Shown piece by piece: positions 1 to 11,626 of a DNA stretch of 64,000 nucleotides. A program made the position numbers and the translations under genes. Positions within the stretch are counted from its first letter, which is position 1. Each line of letters begins with the position of its first letter. Source of the DNA: Felis catus (Eukaryota); the NCBI RefSeq assembly GCF_018350175.1, contig NC_058368.1:70248001-70312000 (forward strand), given 5' to 3'. Under the pieces are notes generated by a model. It did not search any database, was not told the origin of the DNA, and worked only from the letters and a program-made list of their open reading frames with translations.

Positions 1-77
1 TGGTTCAAAAAAAGAGAGATTGACACAAACTATTTTCAAAGAAAGAACTGAAAATAATAAAAATACCCTCCAAAATG

Positions 78-281
78 TTTTTTTAACCGTTTATTTGGAG
101 AGAGAGCGTGCACATGTGAGCGGGGGAGGGGCAGGGAGAGAGGGACAGAGAGAGTCCCAAGCAGGCTCCAAGCTGTCAGTGCAGAGCCCAACGTAGGGCT
201 CAATCCCACGTACCATGAGATCATGACCTGAGCCAAAATCAAGAGTCAGATGCTAAACCGACGGAGCCACCCAGGTGCCCC
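78..281 (-). mobile_element. Can-SINE
   Basis: Reverse complement of GGGGCACCTGGGTGGCTC head, (CT)n tract and A-rich tail. Confidence 0.92.
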
Positions 282-455
282 ATCTGAAATATTTTTAATT
301 CAATTTAAATAATATCCTCCTTTATTTTAGTTTGTTGCACTGTACAAAGCAATCAGTTTGTAAGTGCTTGTTGGCAGAATGGATAGGTGTCACGATTAGT
401 TAACATTTTCCTTGGGAACCAGGACTACATTCCAAATAAAACCCAAAGATGCTCT

Positions 456-642
456 GGGTACCTGGGTGGCTCAATAGGTTAAACATCCGACTCTAGACTT
501 CGGCTCAGGTCACGATCTCACGGTTTGTGAGTCTGAGTCCACGTCAAGCTTGCTGCTGTCAGCTCAGAGCCCACTTGGGATCCTCTGTTCCCCTCTCTGC
601 AACACTCATGCTCTCTCTCTCAAAAATGAATAAACATAAAAA
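456..642 (+). mobile_element. Can-SINE
   Basis: tRNA-like head, CT tract, AATAAA tail. TSD caaagatgctc at 444-454 and 643-653. Confidence 0.92.
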
Positions 643-1089
643 CAAAGATGCTCATAGCTTGATACAGTGACTAGAGTTCTGGATTCTGACAGCTACACCT
701 CCGTTACAAAGAGGTCCGATGGAAAGATACTGCAGGACGGGAAAGACTCTGCATTCTCCCCACCCCACGTGGTGTCCAGTGCATGAATGTGACCCGGTAC
801 GCTCAGAGGGGGTGACTTGGTCCTCTACACCAGCCCTGGGGCCCTCCAAAGGCACTAGTGGGTGTGTTCCCTTCCCGCCCCTTCCAACATGGCAGAAGTG
901 CACTCCCTCCAGGCCACAAGGCAAGGTCAGTGTGCTTGTCAGAAAACAGTGCCACAATGTGAGCCCTTGTCAGACAGCGTGCTGGAGGGACCTGCTGAGA
1001 AAGGGGTTTTTCTTAGCCTATGTTTCGGAGGTTTTTGCCTTGCTCCCATGGCACAGCTCCCTGGATAGACTATTCTTGTGTTCCTAGAG

Positions 1090-1300
1090 CAGGGGTTGGC
1101 GAACTTTTTCCATAAAGAGCCAGAGAGTAAATACTTCAGGCTTCGTCAGCTTTAGGGTGTCACAACAACTAAACTCTGATTCCGTAGCGCAAAAAGTAGC
1201 CAAAGACAATAACTAAACAAATGGGCACAGTGGCGTCAAAACTACAGAGAAACAGGCAACAGCCAGATCTGGCCCACCAGCCATCGTCTGCTGATTTACG
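1090..1300 (-). mobile_element. MER58A-like hAT-Charlie MITE
   Basis: Begins caggggttggcgaactttttc, with internal similarity to recalled MER58A consensus and (t)ctaga-like flanks. Confidence 0.8.
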
Positions 1301-1707
1301 CTTTAGAGTTACCTTTACCTCTTAGCAGTCAGTCCCCTTTTCCCAATTTAATAATTCTTCATGTTAATTTTTCACTTGCAACTAACTCATGTTGTCTGTC
1401 TCTGGGCTGATACACACAACAGGTTTACATGTTCTTAAATGTACTTAATGATTATCTCCCACAAATTTGACTAACCTTAGACTGTTTTAAAGGTTTAATA
1501 AATAAAACCATAAAAATACTCATAGGTCAGTTTTGCCTGTTTATGATACACTTTTGTTAATCAGGTGGAGTACTGTGTTCTTCTGTCCGTCTCTTGGAAG
1601 TATGTAATGGAGCAGTGTAATGTTATGGCTGTCACAATTACCTTGCTTTTGTGTGTCACTGTGTAACTTGGACTGTGTTTTCACACAGATGATCACACTT
1701 AATCCAC

Positions 1708-2258
1708 TGTGAAATTAATTAAATAAGGTGGCCCTGTGACTAAGGTAGCTGCACCGCCCTGGTGGCCTATGTAAGCAAGTCACATTCTAAGCCTGTGAAT
1801 GTCTCAAGGTTACAAAATCAAAATGCTAAAGACAACCAATCAGAGACAGCCAACTAAGCTTTAGGCTATAGCCAATCAAATAATTTCCTCTCTTTGCTTC
1901 CGCACATTTTTTCTACATGAGTCTCTCCAAATTCCTAACAATTCCTGACAACATCTGTTTTGGTGTCACCCAATTCAAAATGATTTTTGTCCAAATTCTA
2001 TAAATGTTTAATACACCTCAGTTTATCTTTTTTTTTTAATGTTTATTCATTTTTGAGGAACAGAATGTCGGTGGGGGAGGGGCAGAGAGAGAGGGAGACA
2101 CAGAATCTGAAGCAGGCTCCAGGCTCCAAGCTGTCAGCACAGGGCCCGACACGGGGCTCGGGCCCACAGATGGCGAGATCATGACCTGAGCTGAAGTTGG
2201 ACGCTTAACCAACTGAGCCACCCAGGAGCCCCAATACACTTCAGCTTATTTTTTAACG
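1708..2258 (+). mobile_element. Solo LTR, ERV1 MER34/MER39-like, interrupted near its 3' end by a SINE
   Basis: TG start, two CCAAT motifs, 3' end ...cctcagtttatcttttt..aac typical of this group. Family call from memory. Confidence 0.55.
2028..2232 (-). mobile_element. Can-SINE (SINEC_Fc-like)
   Basis: Full-length. TSD aatacac(c/t)tcag(t/c)ttat. Confidence 0.93.
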
Positions 2259-2859
2259 TATCTTAGTGCCACTGTAAGGTAGGCATGGAAAAGATATTCC
2301 ATTTTACTTAGGTTGCAAACTGAGGATCACACATTAATTGCCGGAAATGCGCCAGGTAACTCTCAGGCTGGATTAGAACACAGTCTCTGTCACACTGAAC
2401 TATTTCTTCTCCACACTGCCCTATTAATGGTCTGTGCCCATCAATGCTCAACCACAGTAGACGTGTGGAGAGTTTCTAAGACAATGCTTCTCTTAAAGAA
2501 TGATGATACAGGTAACAGGAAAGCCCACGGAGTTGATTTCAACGATAAGAGAAATGTCGTGGAGGAAGGACATGTCTTCTCTGGTCTCAAGGACTGTGAA
2601 GATGTGAAACACGTACAGACCCGTACACTGCTTTGAAAGGACTCCTAGAGGCCTGACTGGGCAGCTGACTTCAGCAGCTGCAGGGAGCTCTTTCCAGGAC
2701 AGAACCACTGACCCCAAGGAAAAGGGGTCAACTGAGAGTGACTCATTTGTTACCTTAGAACGGGGCAGAAGCTCTTGCTTCAAATACAAACAATTGGCAC
2801 CATGCCTCCCTTCTACACGCGGTCCTCAGGAGGAGAAAGGGTGAGAATGGAGAATGGTG

Positions 2860-3020
2860 AGGGGACAGGAAAAGAGACAAGGAGGGGTTGGGGGAGGAAG
2901 AAACAAAAGGGGTGGACGCCCCGGGGTGAGGCAGGCAGGAGACACAGAGTGGAGAAAATAAAGAAGGATAAAGACAGAAGCAGAAGAAGATACAAACAGA
3001 AAAGACAGGAGAGAGGATTG
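2860..3020. repeat. Purine-rich (GA) low-complexity tract
   Basis: Strong A/G bias on the plus strand. Confidence 0.7.
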
Positions 3021-4559
3021 GCGACTTGTGGTGGGCCCGTGGGAAGTCACACCTCTGTGTCTACTTAGAGCATAACTGACTATTTTCTACTCTTCTTTAA
3101 ACTGATGATTCACTGCTTACAGCTGTTCACTGTTCTTTAGCTCCACTAAGCTTTTCCAAGTGGTCACATGAGTGGGGGACAGCCCACTAGGGTAGGAAAC
3201 TGACTGGGCTGCAGCATGACTGGTCACAGGAACGTCACACTGACAGCAAAATGAAATTAACCAATTACCAGACTGCCACTACCCCACTCCCGGGTTAGCA
3301 GAAAGAGGCTTCATGTAGACCTGGCACATACACGGCCCTGGCTTCAAAGCCGTCAACACACTCTAAGTTTAATCCTTCCCCCAGTGACATAGCTACAAGA
3401 GCCAACTTGTTGATTTTCCACTGTCAAAAAGCAAGATCCTGGGCCCAGATTACCTGAATCAACCAATGGTCATGGATGGCGCAAAGACCCGAACTCCTTA
3501 ACCGACAACGCAGCTCTCCTATCGAGGCAGCGGTGCGGGGTCCGGCCGGGTCTCTAACCCCCAGGCCCAGGACAGACGCGATGTGGCTCTGCTTCTGACA
3601 CAAGACTGCTCCTGTCACTCGCTCGCACCTCTGCACCTGTCATAGGCCTACAGCCCTGCAGGCTGCGGTCGACAAATGTTCTATTCTAGCAGAATCCTTC
3701 CTCTAAAAACAACAAATCTCACCTAGGCAAATTCACCAAAGGAGTGAAAGCACAGTAGCTCTAGCCCCAGGGCACTTGGTACTTGGCCCTGTACCTGGAG
3801 CTCACCTCTCTCAACCCATCAAAGGTAGCCTTGCCCTGCTCGGAGAGCAGCATGCCTAGTGAGTAGCAGTCCTAGAGTGTGGTTCATTCAGCCTGGGACT
3901 GAAATGACCTATGAACAGCTTACCTCCTTGACTATTAGTGCCTTGGGACAGCTGGGTCTCCTTACCTCTGCACCCTTTAGCATCTAGCCCAGCACCCAGA
4001 GACATACAGACGGACTGTGCGCTAACAAAGCTTAGCGCCCCTTGCTTGCACGGACCCCTCTTCAGGCCCCATAGCTGTGTAAAGTTCAGTTGTCACCGGG
4101 CATCTTGGCTTACTAGGAAGACCCACAGGACCCTGCCCACTGTGTAGGTCCACCCAGTGTCATGACTCATGACACACAGGTGCAGCAGGAGGGGCCGCGT
4201 TGCAATATAGGTATATCTCAAGGAGTTTGGAAGATAATCTGAGGTTAGTCGTCAAGAATGCCCCCATATTATTCAGCTCATATATGAAAAAAAACCAAAC
4301 AGAGGGTTTTTTTTTTCAATCCTAAAAATTTATATGACATTGCCAAAGGTTGGAAAGCTAGAAGAAACATCCCTAAACTATAATTAGTTAAATACAAATG
4401 TTGACTAATGCTATAGGAAAGACTAAATGATCTATCTGTGCAATACAGAGTGATAAAACCAAACCATGAACATATGAAGAGGTGATAACAGCATGAAACC
4501 AAAAAAACATAGGGAAGAAAGTATTACTGAGGAGATTTGTTGATAAAAAGGTGTCGTTC

Positions 4560-4996
4560 TCCTGTATTTCTCGTGTTTATCATTTCAGTTAGCTTTTTGA
4601 AATTTGTAATTTGTAATTACTTTTCACATTCTAAAGGAATATTAACTTCCAGGCCTCATTTTGTATTTATAATTTTGAATTCTTTGTTTAAACAAGGCCC
4701 CCATATTCTTTTTTTTTTAATTTTTTTAACGTTTATTTATTTATTTATTTTGAGAGAAAGAGAGAGGGAGGGAGCGAGCAAGCCAGGGAGGCGCAGAAAG
4801 AGAGAGGGAGAGAGAAATCCCAAGCAGGCACCACACTGTCAGCACAGAGCCTGACGCGGGGCTCGAACCCACGAACCATGAGATTATGACCTGAGCTGAA
4901 ACCAGGAGTCAGACGCTCAACTGACAGAGGCACCCAGGAGCCCCAAGGCCCTCCATATTCTAAGCTTCATTACTCACAAAACTTGGATCTGCCCTG
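4560..4996. mobile_element. Ancient mammalian DNA-transposon remnant (MamTip/MamRep-like), split by a SINE
   Basis: Terminal motif aagcttca..cacaaaacttggatctgccctg. Related motifs at about 7340-7500 (opposite strand) and 46775-47110. Confidence 0.4.
4709..4944 (-). mobile_element. Can-SINE
   Basis: Full-length. TSD aaggccc(t)ccatattct. Confidence 0.93.
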
Positions 4997-6399
4997 ATAG
5001 GGCCAAAGATAGCACACAGATGTGGATCAAATCAAAGAAAGTACCACACAGTGGTTAGAAAGCTGAGCTGTGTGGTTGTGTGGGGCCATTATCGGACTCC
5101 ACCGAGTGCATGCATGTGAAATGATTGAAAGAGCCTGGCAAACTGTAAGCACACGATAAACGTAGCTGTTGTTAGTACCGCCATTATCATCAACTTCATT
5201 ATTATTAAATGTGTTGCTTACATGACAGTGATAAAAAAAAAAAAAGGACAGTGGCGAATGTTCCACGTACATTCAGTTTTACCAATCTGTTTACAAAAAC
5301 TTTCCTGTCCTCTCCAAGAACATATGAAATAAAACAGACAACAATGGCAGGGACATTCACAAAGAAAGAAAAACAAAAGGCCCAACAGAGGAAACTGTAT
5401 AATAATAGAGATGACACTGGAATTCAGGGACTGGGCCCAAAATAAACATAAATAGATGCTTACATTAAAAACTGAACTGAGTATTGATGAAGTCTGTGTC
5501 AGGCAGGACCGAGAAGAACAACAGTTGGGGGGGTCAGAGTGTATACAGGAGCAATTCAGACCCACTGCCACCAGGGCAGCCCCACAAGAACAGTGGGACT
5601 GAAGGTCCCAGAGGAGGCGAGAGGGGCAGGCAGTTATGTGGCACTTCAGGGGAGAAAAATGGAGGCCGACCCTACTGGGGAGTCTGGGAGGCCCAGGGCC
5701 CACAGGCATTTTCATAACATGAATCAAAACCTTGGCTTCCTTGCCAAAAAACCCTTCATATATCTTGGCTTCCTTGCAGGAGATCTGCAGGCAAGACCTG
5801 AGGTCAGGGCCATGTGAGCAGGACGGTGGGAAGAATGGCTGCACCATAAGGAACAACCTGGGCACAGGTTAGCCCCTGACACCAAGGCCCCATCAGTCCC
5901 CTCTACTGGTTGAAGCTGGGGCAGCATGATGAACCCCCCAGTGATCACGTGGCTGTCACAGGTGCCAAAAGGCCTGACCCTCAGCGCCCTCCCCATTAAC
6001 CTCCCCTTCAAGGCTCTCCCACCTCACTCCTTCCTCCTCTAGCATTTGTTGCCATGGGTCTGGCTGCCCAATATCCATGCAAATTGAAATTCCAGATCTG
6101 CAGGCAAACAGAAGCTAGGGAATCTTCCCAGTGCCAGGAAAATGAGATTCCTCTGGAATCCACATAACTGGAGAGCATAGGCCTACAAATGAGTTCAGTT
6201 TTAGCCAAACATGTATGAAGCCTCGAAAACCACGGGAAGAGCTAAGCAGGAAGGCTTACTGATTTCATTGCTTTTCTCTCTGCCATGACAGCTTCCTGCA
6301 AACTTTCTAGTCGTTTCTTGACTTTGAGTCTCTGGTAATTAAATGTTAACACAGGCTGAAACCCCGAATACCACTTCTTGAAATAGCAAACTAAGGAAA

Positions 6400-6425
6400 C
6401 AACTCTTGGAGCAACTCTTGGAGCA
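6400..6425. repeat. 12-bp tandem duplication (caactcttggag)x2
   Basis: Perfect direct repeat. Confidence 0.9.
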
Positions 6426-6879
6426 TTCTATTTTAAGAAACGAGAAATTCATTGTTTCTGCTTATAAAGAATTTAAAACTTCCTTGATTTATCTGCATGG
6501 CTATAAAAGCTGCTTGATAGGCTGAGATAAAAATGCTTCACGGAACTTTTAGTCCATTTTCAAAATGGTGCACTTCTCAACATTGCCAATAGGCCCCCGG
6601 CACTGTTGCTGGGGGGTGGGGGGAAGGGGGGAGGACAGTGCAGCTTGCAATAAAACAGAAGGGGCTTCTGAAGCCAGAAGTTAACCAGTGTGGCCCAGCG
6701 AGACCTCTTGCACTCCTGTCCTGCACACGACTCTCACTACATACCTACTCCTGCCAGGAACTGCACAAAGTGGTTAAATTTGAAGGAAGAATCCTCATTA
6801 TCCTATAATTAGGGGTGGGCACAGGAAATTAGCAGCTGCCTCCCTTCCTCACATGCAAATATTGTTAGCGGTTATATGT

Positions 6880-7210
6880 TCCTTCTCTCCACAGACTTAT
6901 ACTGAGCCTGTCCAGATGCACTGTGCCCGGGTCTTCAGGACACCAAGATAGCAGGGATGTGGCCCCCACCCCAGAGAGCTCACAGTCCAGAGGGGAGACA
7001 GACATGTGAACGACGGGAGCAGAATGACGGACAGCAATGGGAACCTAGGAAAGGCGTCTGACCCCCTAGAATGAACCTGCTCCCCCCTAGTTACAGTATA
7101 AGCTCCACAGAGGCAAAGATTTCCATTTTATTTACTGCTCTCCCCAACGCCTAGAACAGGACCTGGCATGGGGTAGGCACCCAATAAACACGTGTTGGTT
7201 GAGTGAAGGA
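6880..7210. mobile_element. Two L2 3'-end fragments in opposite orientations
   Basis: gagctcacagtccagaggggagacagaca, and gcctagaacaggacctggca..gtaggcacccaataaa motifs. Confidence 0.65.
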
Positions 7211-7339
7211 ACCTGACAATGTGGGGTGCTTCTTAGAGGAGGCTATTAGAGTCTAGTCTAGGAGAAGAACGAGTCAGCCAGGATTCAGGGTGGACTGGGG
7301 ATTCCTTGGAGAGAAAATGAAGACACCAATGCTCCCGAA

Positions 7340-7500
7340 TAGAACCACATTTTGTGGGGCCTGAAATTTGCATATTTGGGGGAGGAAAGGGTTGAAAAAA
7401 ATCAAAATTATGAATATAAAGTTGCAGGAGGCCCTCCCAGGGCCTTGGAAGGGATCTTGAAACTGAAGCTTTCTTAGCTGCAGGATAAATCCTCCTCTGA
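7340..7500. mobile_element. Ancient DNA-transposon remnant (MamTip/MamRep-like)
   Basis: ttttgtggggcctgaa...aagctttcttagct..taaatcctcctctg motifs. Confidence 0.4.
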
Positions 7501-9266
7501 ACATGGTGAGTTCTGGAAGCAGCAAGCAATTCAGGATACCTGGGGCAGAGGTGCACAGAGGGGCCAGGGTGGCAGGTCGAGGGCCTGGGGCACCAGTCCC
7601 TAGGGGTGCTACACCATCACTGGAAATCGTACATTTATGAGAACTCCTTTCTGAAAGGGTACTCTGTGTGGCTGCCCAGAGCACACGAATAAGGTACCCA
7701 GAAGTGAGCACTGGGACTCTGCAACGGACGAAGCTGAGAAACCTTGGATGCTTAACTGTAGAAGCCTGGTTTCTCTGACTAGGTGGCCAATGCTGGAGTC
7801 AGAGCGGAACAGCCCTGCACAGCAGTCCCTGCCCCACATCTGCCCCGAGCGGCCCTCCGTCTCCCTAAAATAGTACACAATTTGAATAGCGTCTGTTTGA
7901 GGCCAAACCAGTGATTGGCTCGCCTGGGGTGCCCACATGTCCCTGAACTGCAGCCTGCACTGGAAGAGGAGGCCACAGTGGCAGGTGGGCCACAAGGAGA
8001 AGGGCCCTAAGAAAGGAAACTGGTGCACGAGGAAGGGGGCTGAGCGGGCACAGCACTAGGTCCCCTACCATCCTCCAGCCCTGGAAAGCGACCTCCCATT
8101 GTGTTGTCATAGACATGCTCTTCCTTCCCTCAACCCAGGACATATAAACTTAGAGGAGATCATGACAATCCAAATATCATCACATTCCCCTTCAGTAATA
8201 CATGTTCATCAGTGTGTGCAGGAACAATGGTCTCAGCGGCGGCTTAGAAGCACAAGCTTGTTTAAAAGGAACAGGAGGTTCGGTAACATTGGAACCAAAA
8301 TGTGCAAACATCAGAACCTGAGAATATCTGGTCTAGGCCTCTCGTCTTACAGATAGGGAGACCCGGAAGCGTGGGGGTTCCATGACTGTCCTGGGGCCCA
8401 GGAGGAGTTGCTGGTGAGGCTGGGTCTGGATCCCAGGTCCTGACCCCTGGTCCATGCTTTTCCCCTCGGCCTCTTCATTCTTATTTTTTGCACTTTCACT
8501 AACAACATGCACAAGCACACGATATAAAACGCTGGAGGAGAAAGAGAACCTTATCTAAGCTCGGACTGAGAAGCAAGCTCAAACCTGAGCATTCCCACAC
8601 AGTTAATTAACTGGCAAATGTTTAGAAGAATGCATCACGGACACCAAAGTCGCAGACATCTAAATATATTTCTCACGCTTAAGTGTGGTGTAATCCTGAG
8701 AGCAGAATTACAGCAAGAATGACACACTTGTGAATACAGTTTTTTTATATTATAAACACTGATAAGATGTTGAGTTCCCTTTTCACACGGCACTAAAAAA
8801 AGCACTCAAATGAGAGACATTGTCGCTGAATGAAGATTTCATTTAATTAGGCATGTCAGCATTAGCAAAACTTGGACACTCAACATCAGTCTGATGGAAG
8901 GAAGAGTCTGGCTTTTGTATGTCAGGTTTATAAATAACTGTGGTTTTCCAAAAATTATTATCCTATTACTAAAATAAACAGAATTAAAAGACTCAGTGCA
9001 AACTGTCAAATCAGTAACATCTAGAAAATGGGATAAGAGAAACATAATGATGCAAATTGAGGTAATAAAGATAATAGCAATTAATGAAGACCCACAGAGC
9101 TGCCTGCACTCAGTCAGCTGTGCTCAGTGGGGGTGTGCGGAGAATGCTAATGAAGGATGGGCCAAACAGGGATGGCGGGGACTCCTCTGCTCAGTGCCCG
9201 CCAGGCACCCAAGAGGAGAGCAAGTGGCATTGGGATCTCATCCTCGCAAAGACAGTACCTAGGGCT

Positions 9267-9352
9267 TTCTACCCTGACGTGGGGCATGGGCTAAGAGAGG
9301 CAGAGAAGATTCTACCCTGACATGGGGCATGGGCTAAGCGTGGCAGAGAAGA
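9267..9352. repeat. 43-bp tandem duplication (2 copies, 3 mismatches)
   Basis: ttctaccctgacRtggggcatgggctaag...ggcagagaaga at 9267-9309 and 9310-9352. Confidence 0.95.
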
Positions 9353-9897
9353 GTGTACAGAGAAGAGAGACTGATAGCCGGCGGGGGGAGCTCAGCATGT
9401 GTCTCTCACGCACACATCCGTCTCAGCCGGCAAATTCTGCCTGCCATTTTTGCACAAGTTAAAAGCAATAACGAAAGCAAAAAAAAAGAAAAAGAGGCAC
9501 AGGGTAATTGTATAAATAATTCTATGGGAAACCTGAACTACAGAGTCTTTTCCGGCCAATAATTTCCCTCCTTTCTAGCATTTTGCTTGAAATTCTTAAT
9601 ACTTGCTTATGTCAACAAAAGCTGTTTTTGGAACTCTGAAATGAACAGGTCAAGTAAGTAAGCTAAAAGGCTCTAAAGGCCCAATACAGTCAGATTTCAA
9701 AACAACTTTAAGCTACTTATTTGACGATACTGGGAGCAAGGGATGGAACATCCATAACACGTATTTGGTTCTCAGAAGAGTTTCTGTAGACCTCATCACC
9801 AGAAAGGCTGTTCAGAGACCTGCTAAAGGCAGGTGTGGAGAGTTAGGATCCGTTGGTGGAGGGAGTGCCAGGCAGAAGGGAGTGCATTCTAGCAGTC

Positions 9898-10074
9898 CAA
9901 TGGTTCTCAAGGTGAGTCCCAGACCAGCAGCTTCAGCAATATCTGGAACTCATTTGAAATGCAAATTCACCCCAAACTTCCTGAACCAGAAATTTTGGGG
10001 GTAGAGCCCAGCAATCTGGGTTTTAACAAAGCCCCCAGGTGATTCTAATGCTCATCCTAGTTTGAGAAACCCTT
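9898..10074. mobile_element. MER5A-like hAT-Charlie MITE
   Basis: Terminal inverted repeats tggttctcaa / ttgagaaacc, internal gaaatgcaaatt and ccaggtgattct motifs. Confidence 0.85.
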
Positions 10075-10127
10075 TACTAGTTTGCTTTTGTGTATGTTTG
10101 AGAATTTCACATTAAAAAGTGTTTTCA

Positions 10128-10249
10128 GGACACCTGGGTGGCTCAGTGGGTTAAGTGACTCTTGATTTCAGCTCAGATCATGACCTAATGGTTTGTAAGA
10201 TCAAGCCCCATGTTGGGCTCTGTGCTGACAGATTGGGGCCTCCTTGGGA

Positions 10250-10285
<36 letters not shown>

Positions 10286-10373
10286 GCCTCTCCCCTGCTT
10301 GTGCACATGCATGCACGCACACACACACATTCTCCCTCTCTCTCTCTCAAAATAAATAAATAAACATCAAACA
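10128..10373 (+). mobile_element. Can-SINE
   Basis: Full-length with CT/CA tracts. TSD aaaaagtRttttca. Confidence 0.92.
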
Positions 10374-10391
10374 AAAAAGTATTTTCAAGAA

Positions 10392-10725
10392 ACCCTAGCT
10401 CCACTGCTTACTGGCTATGTGGCCTTGGGGCAAGTTACTAAATCTCCCTATCTACAATGGAAAATGGGAAAAGTAACAAGTTCTCTACCATCATCACAGG
10501 GTTACTAAAGGGTTTCAATACATAGCGCCTCTTCAGAGCATGAATGAAATGGTGGTCGTGGGGAATCATACAAAGTTGTGTCATTCACACACAAGAGGAT
10601 TTTAGTGGCTGCAACATATGTGTGTCCCTATCTCACTAAACCTCCTCCCAAATTGTATGTATCATCACCACTTCACAGATGAGGAAACTGCAGCTCAGAG
10701 GGGTTACATCAACTACTGAAGGTCA
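10392..10725. mobile_element. MIR fragments in both orientations
   Basis: ctatgtggccttggggcaagttact and acagatgaggaaactgcagctcagag core motifs. Confidence 0.7.
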
Positions 10726-11340
10726 CACAGATGGTGCCCCTTGGATCTCCTGGCTCCAAGCCCAGGACCTTTCCCATGACCCACCTGCAACAAGCACGAT
10801 GGAATGTCAGAGTTCTAGAACCGGAAATGCTTCCCCAGTGTCTCCACTTCCCTTTGTATGAGACCTTCATAGCACTGCTCCCCCCGTGCTGCCTCAGCCA
10901 CCACACCTCCAGGGAGGCAGATGCCTGAGGCTTTCTGACCATCTCTGACATCTAGAAATGTAAACCCCATTGAACTGCCCAGGCTCCGTGATCTCACCAA
11001 GGGAGAGATACAAGACACAGAAAGAGTCTTTCCACGAAAGATACTCATTTTCAGCCTCAAGAACATTAAAAATCACACTGCAAAATACTAAATCCTCCAG
11101 AAGAACCAGGTTTGAATGCTGGGGCATATATTAATGTCATTTATAAGCATATAAATGGTATTTATACTTTACCAATAAATAGTTCAAGGATTATCTTTAT
11201 AAGGAAAGCCCAACTTTACACTTAGTCATTTTTCCTCCACAGATTCATAAATATGGTACCCCATCCAATGGCTCACCCCACTCAAATGACAACTTTCTGG
11301 TTTGACGTGTATAAGTTTTGGAATATGTAAGTCTATAGAC

Positions 11341-11626
11341 CTGCACTGTTCAATACAGTGGCCAGTAGTCACTAGCCACATGTGGCCATTCTGAATTCAG
11401 AAATGCTATAGGCATAAAATTTCAAAGATTTGGAAGCAATAAAAGAATGTACAATGCCTTATATTTCTATAAAGATCAAATGCTAAACTGATAATATTTC
11501 CACAATAATGGGTTATAATTACATTGTTAAAATTAATCACACCCACTTCTTTTTATTTTAATTTGGCTTCCAAAAAATTTTTAATTACATATGTAGCTCA
11601 AATTGTATTTCTATTAAACAGTACTA
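11341..11626 (-). mobile_element. MER33-like hAT-Charlie element
   Basis: ctgcactgttcaata...ctagccacatgtggcc...aaaattaat...tttctattaaacagtact matches recalled MER33 reverse complement. Confidence 0.8.

Noticed and set aside
1751..1768. CTCF-like motif in the LTR
   Set aside because: Three mismatches to the core consensus.
5731..5777. 14-bp direct repeat cttggcttccttgc (also 13-mer at 39787/39811 and 11-mer at 49350/49419)
   Set aside because: Isolated short pairs consistent with slippage or chance. No array structure.
5218..5865. 215-aa minus-strand ORF
   Set aside because: Non-ATG start, low-complexity composition, no homology recognised.
7609..8028. 139-aa ORF with possible acceptor at 7865
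   Set aside because: Weak splice signals and no similarity to DOCK9 or another protein I recognise.
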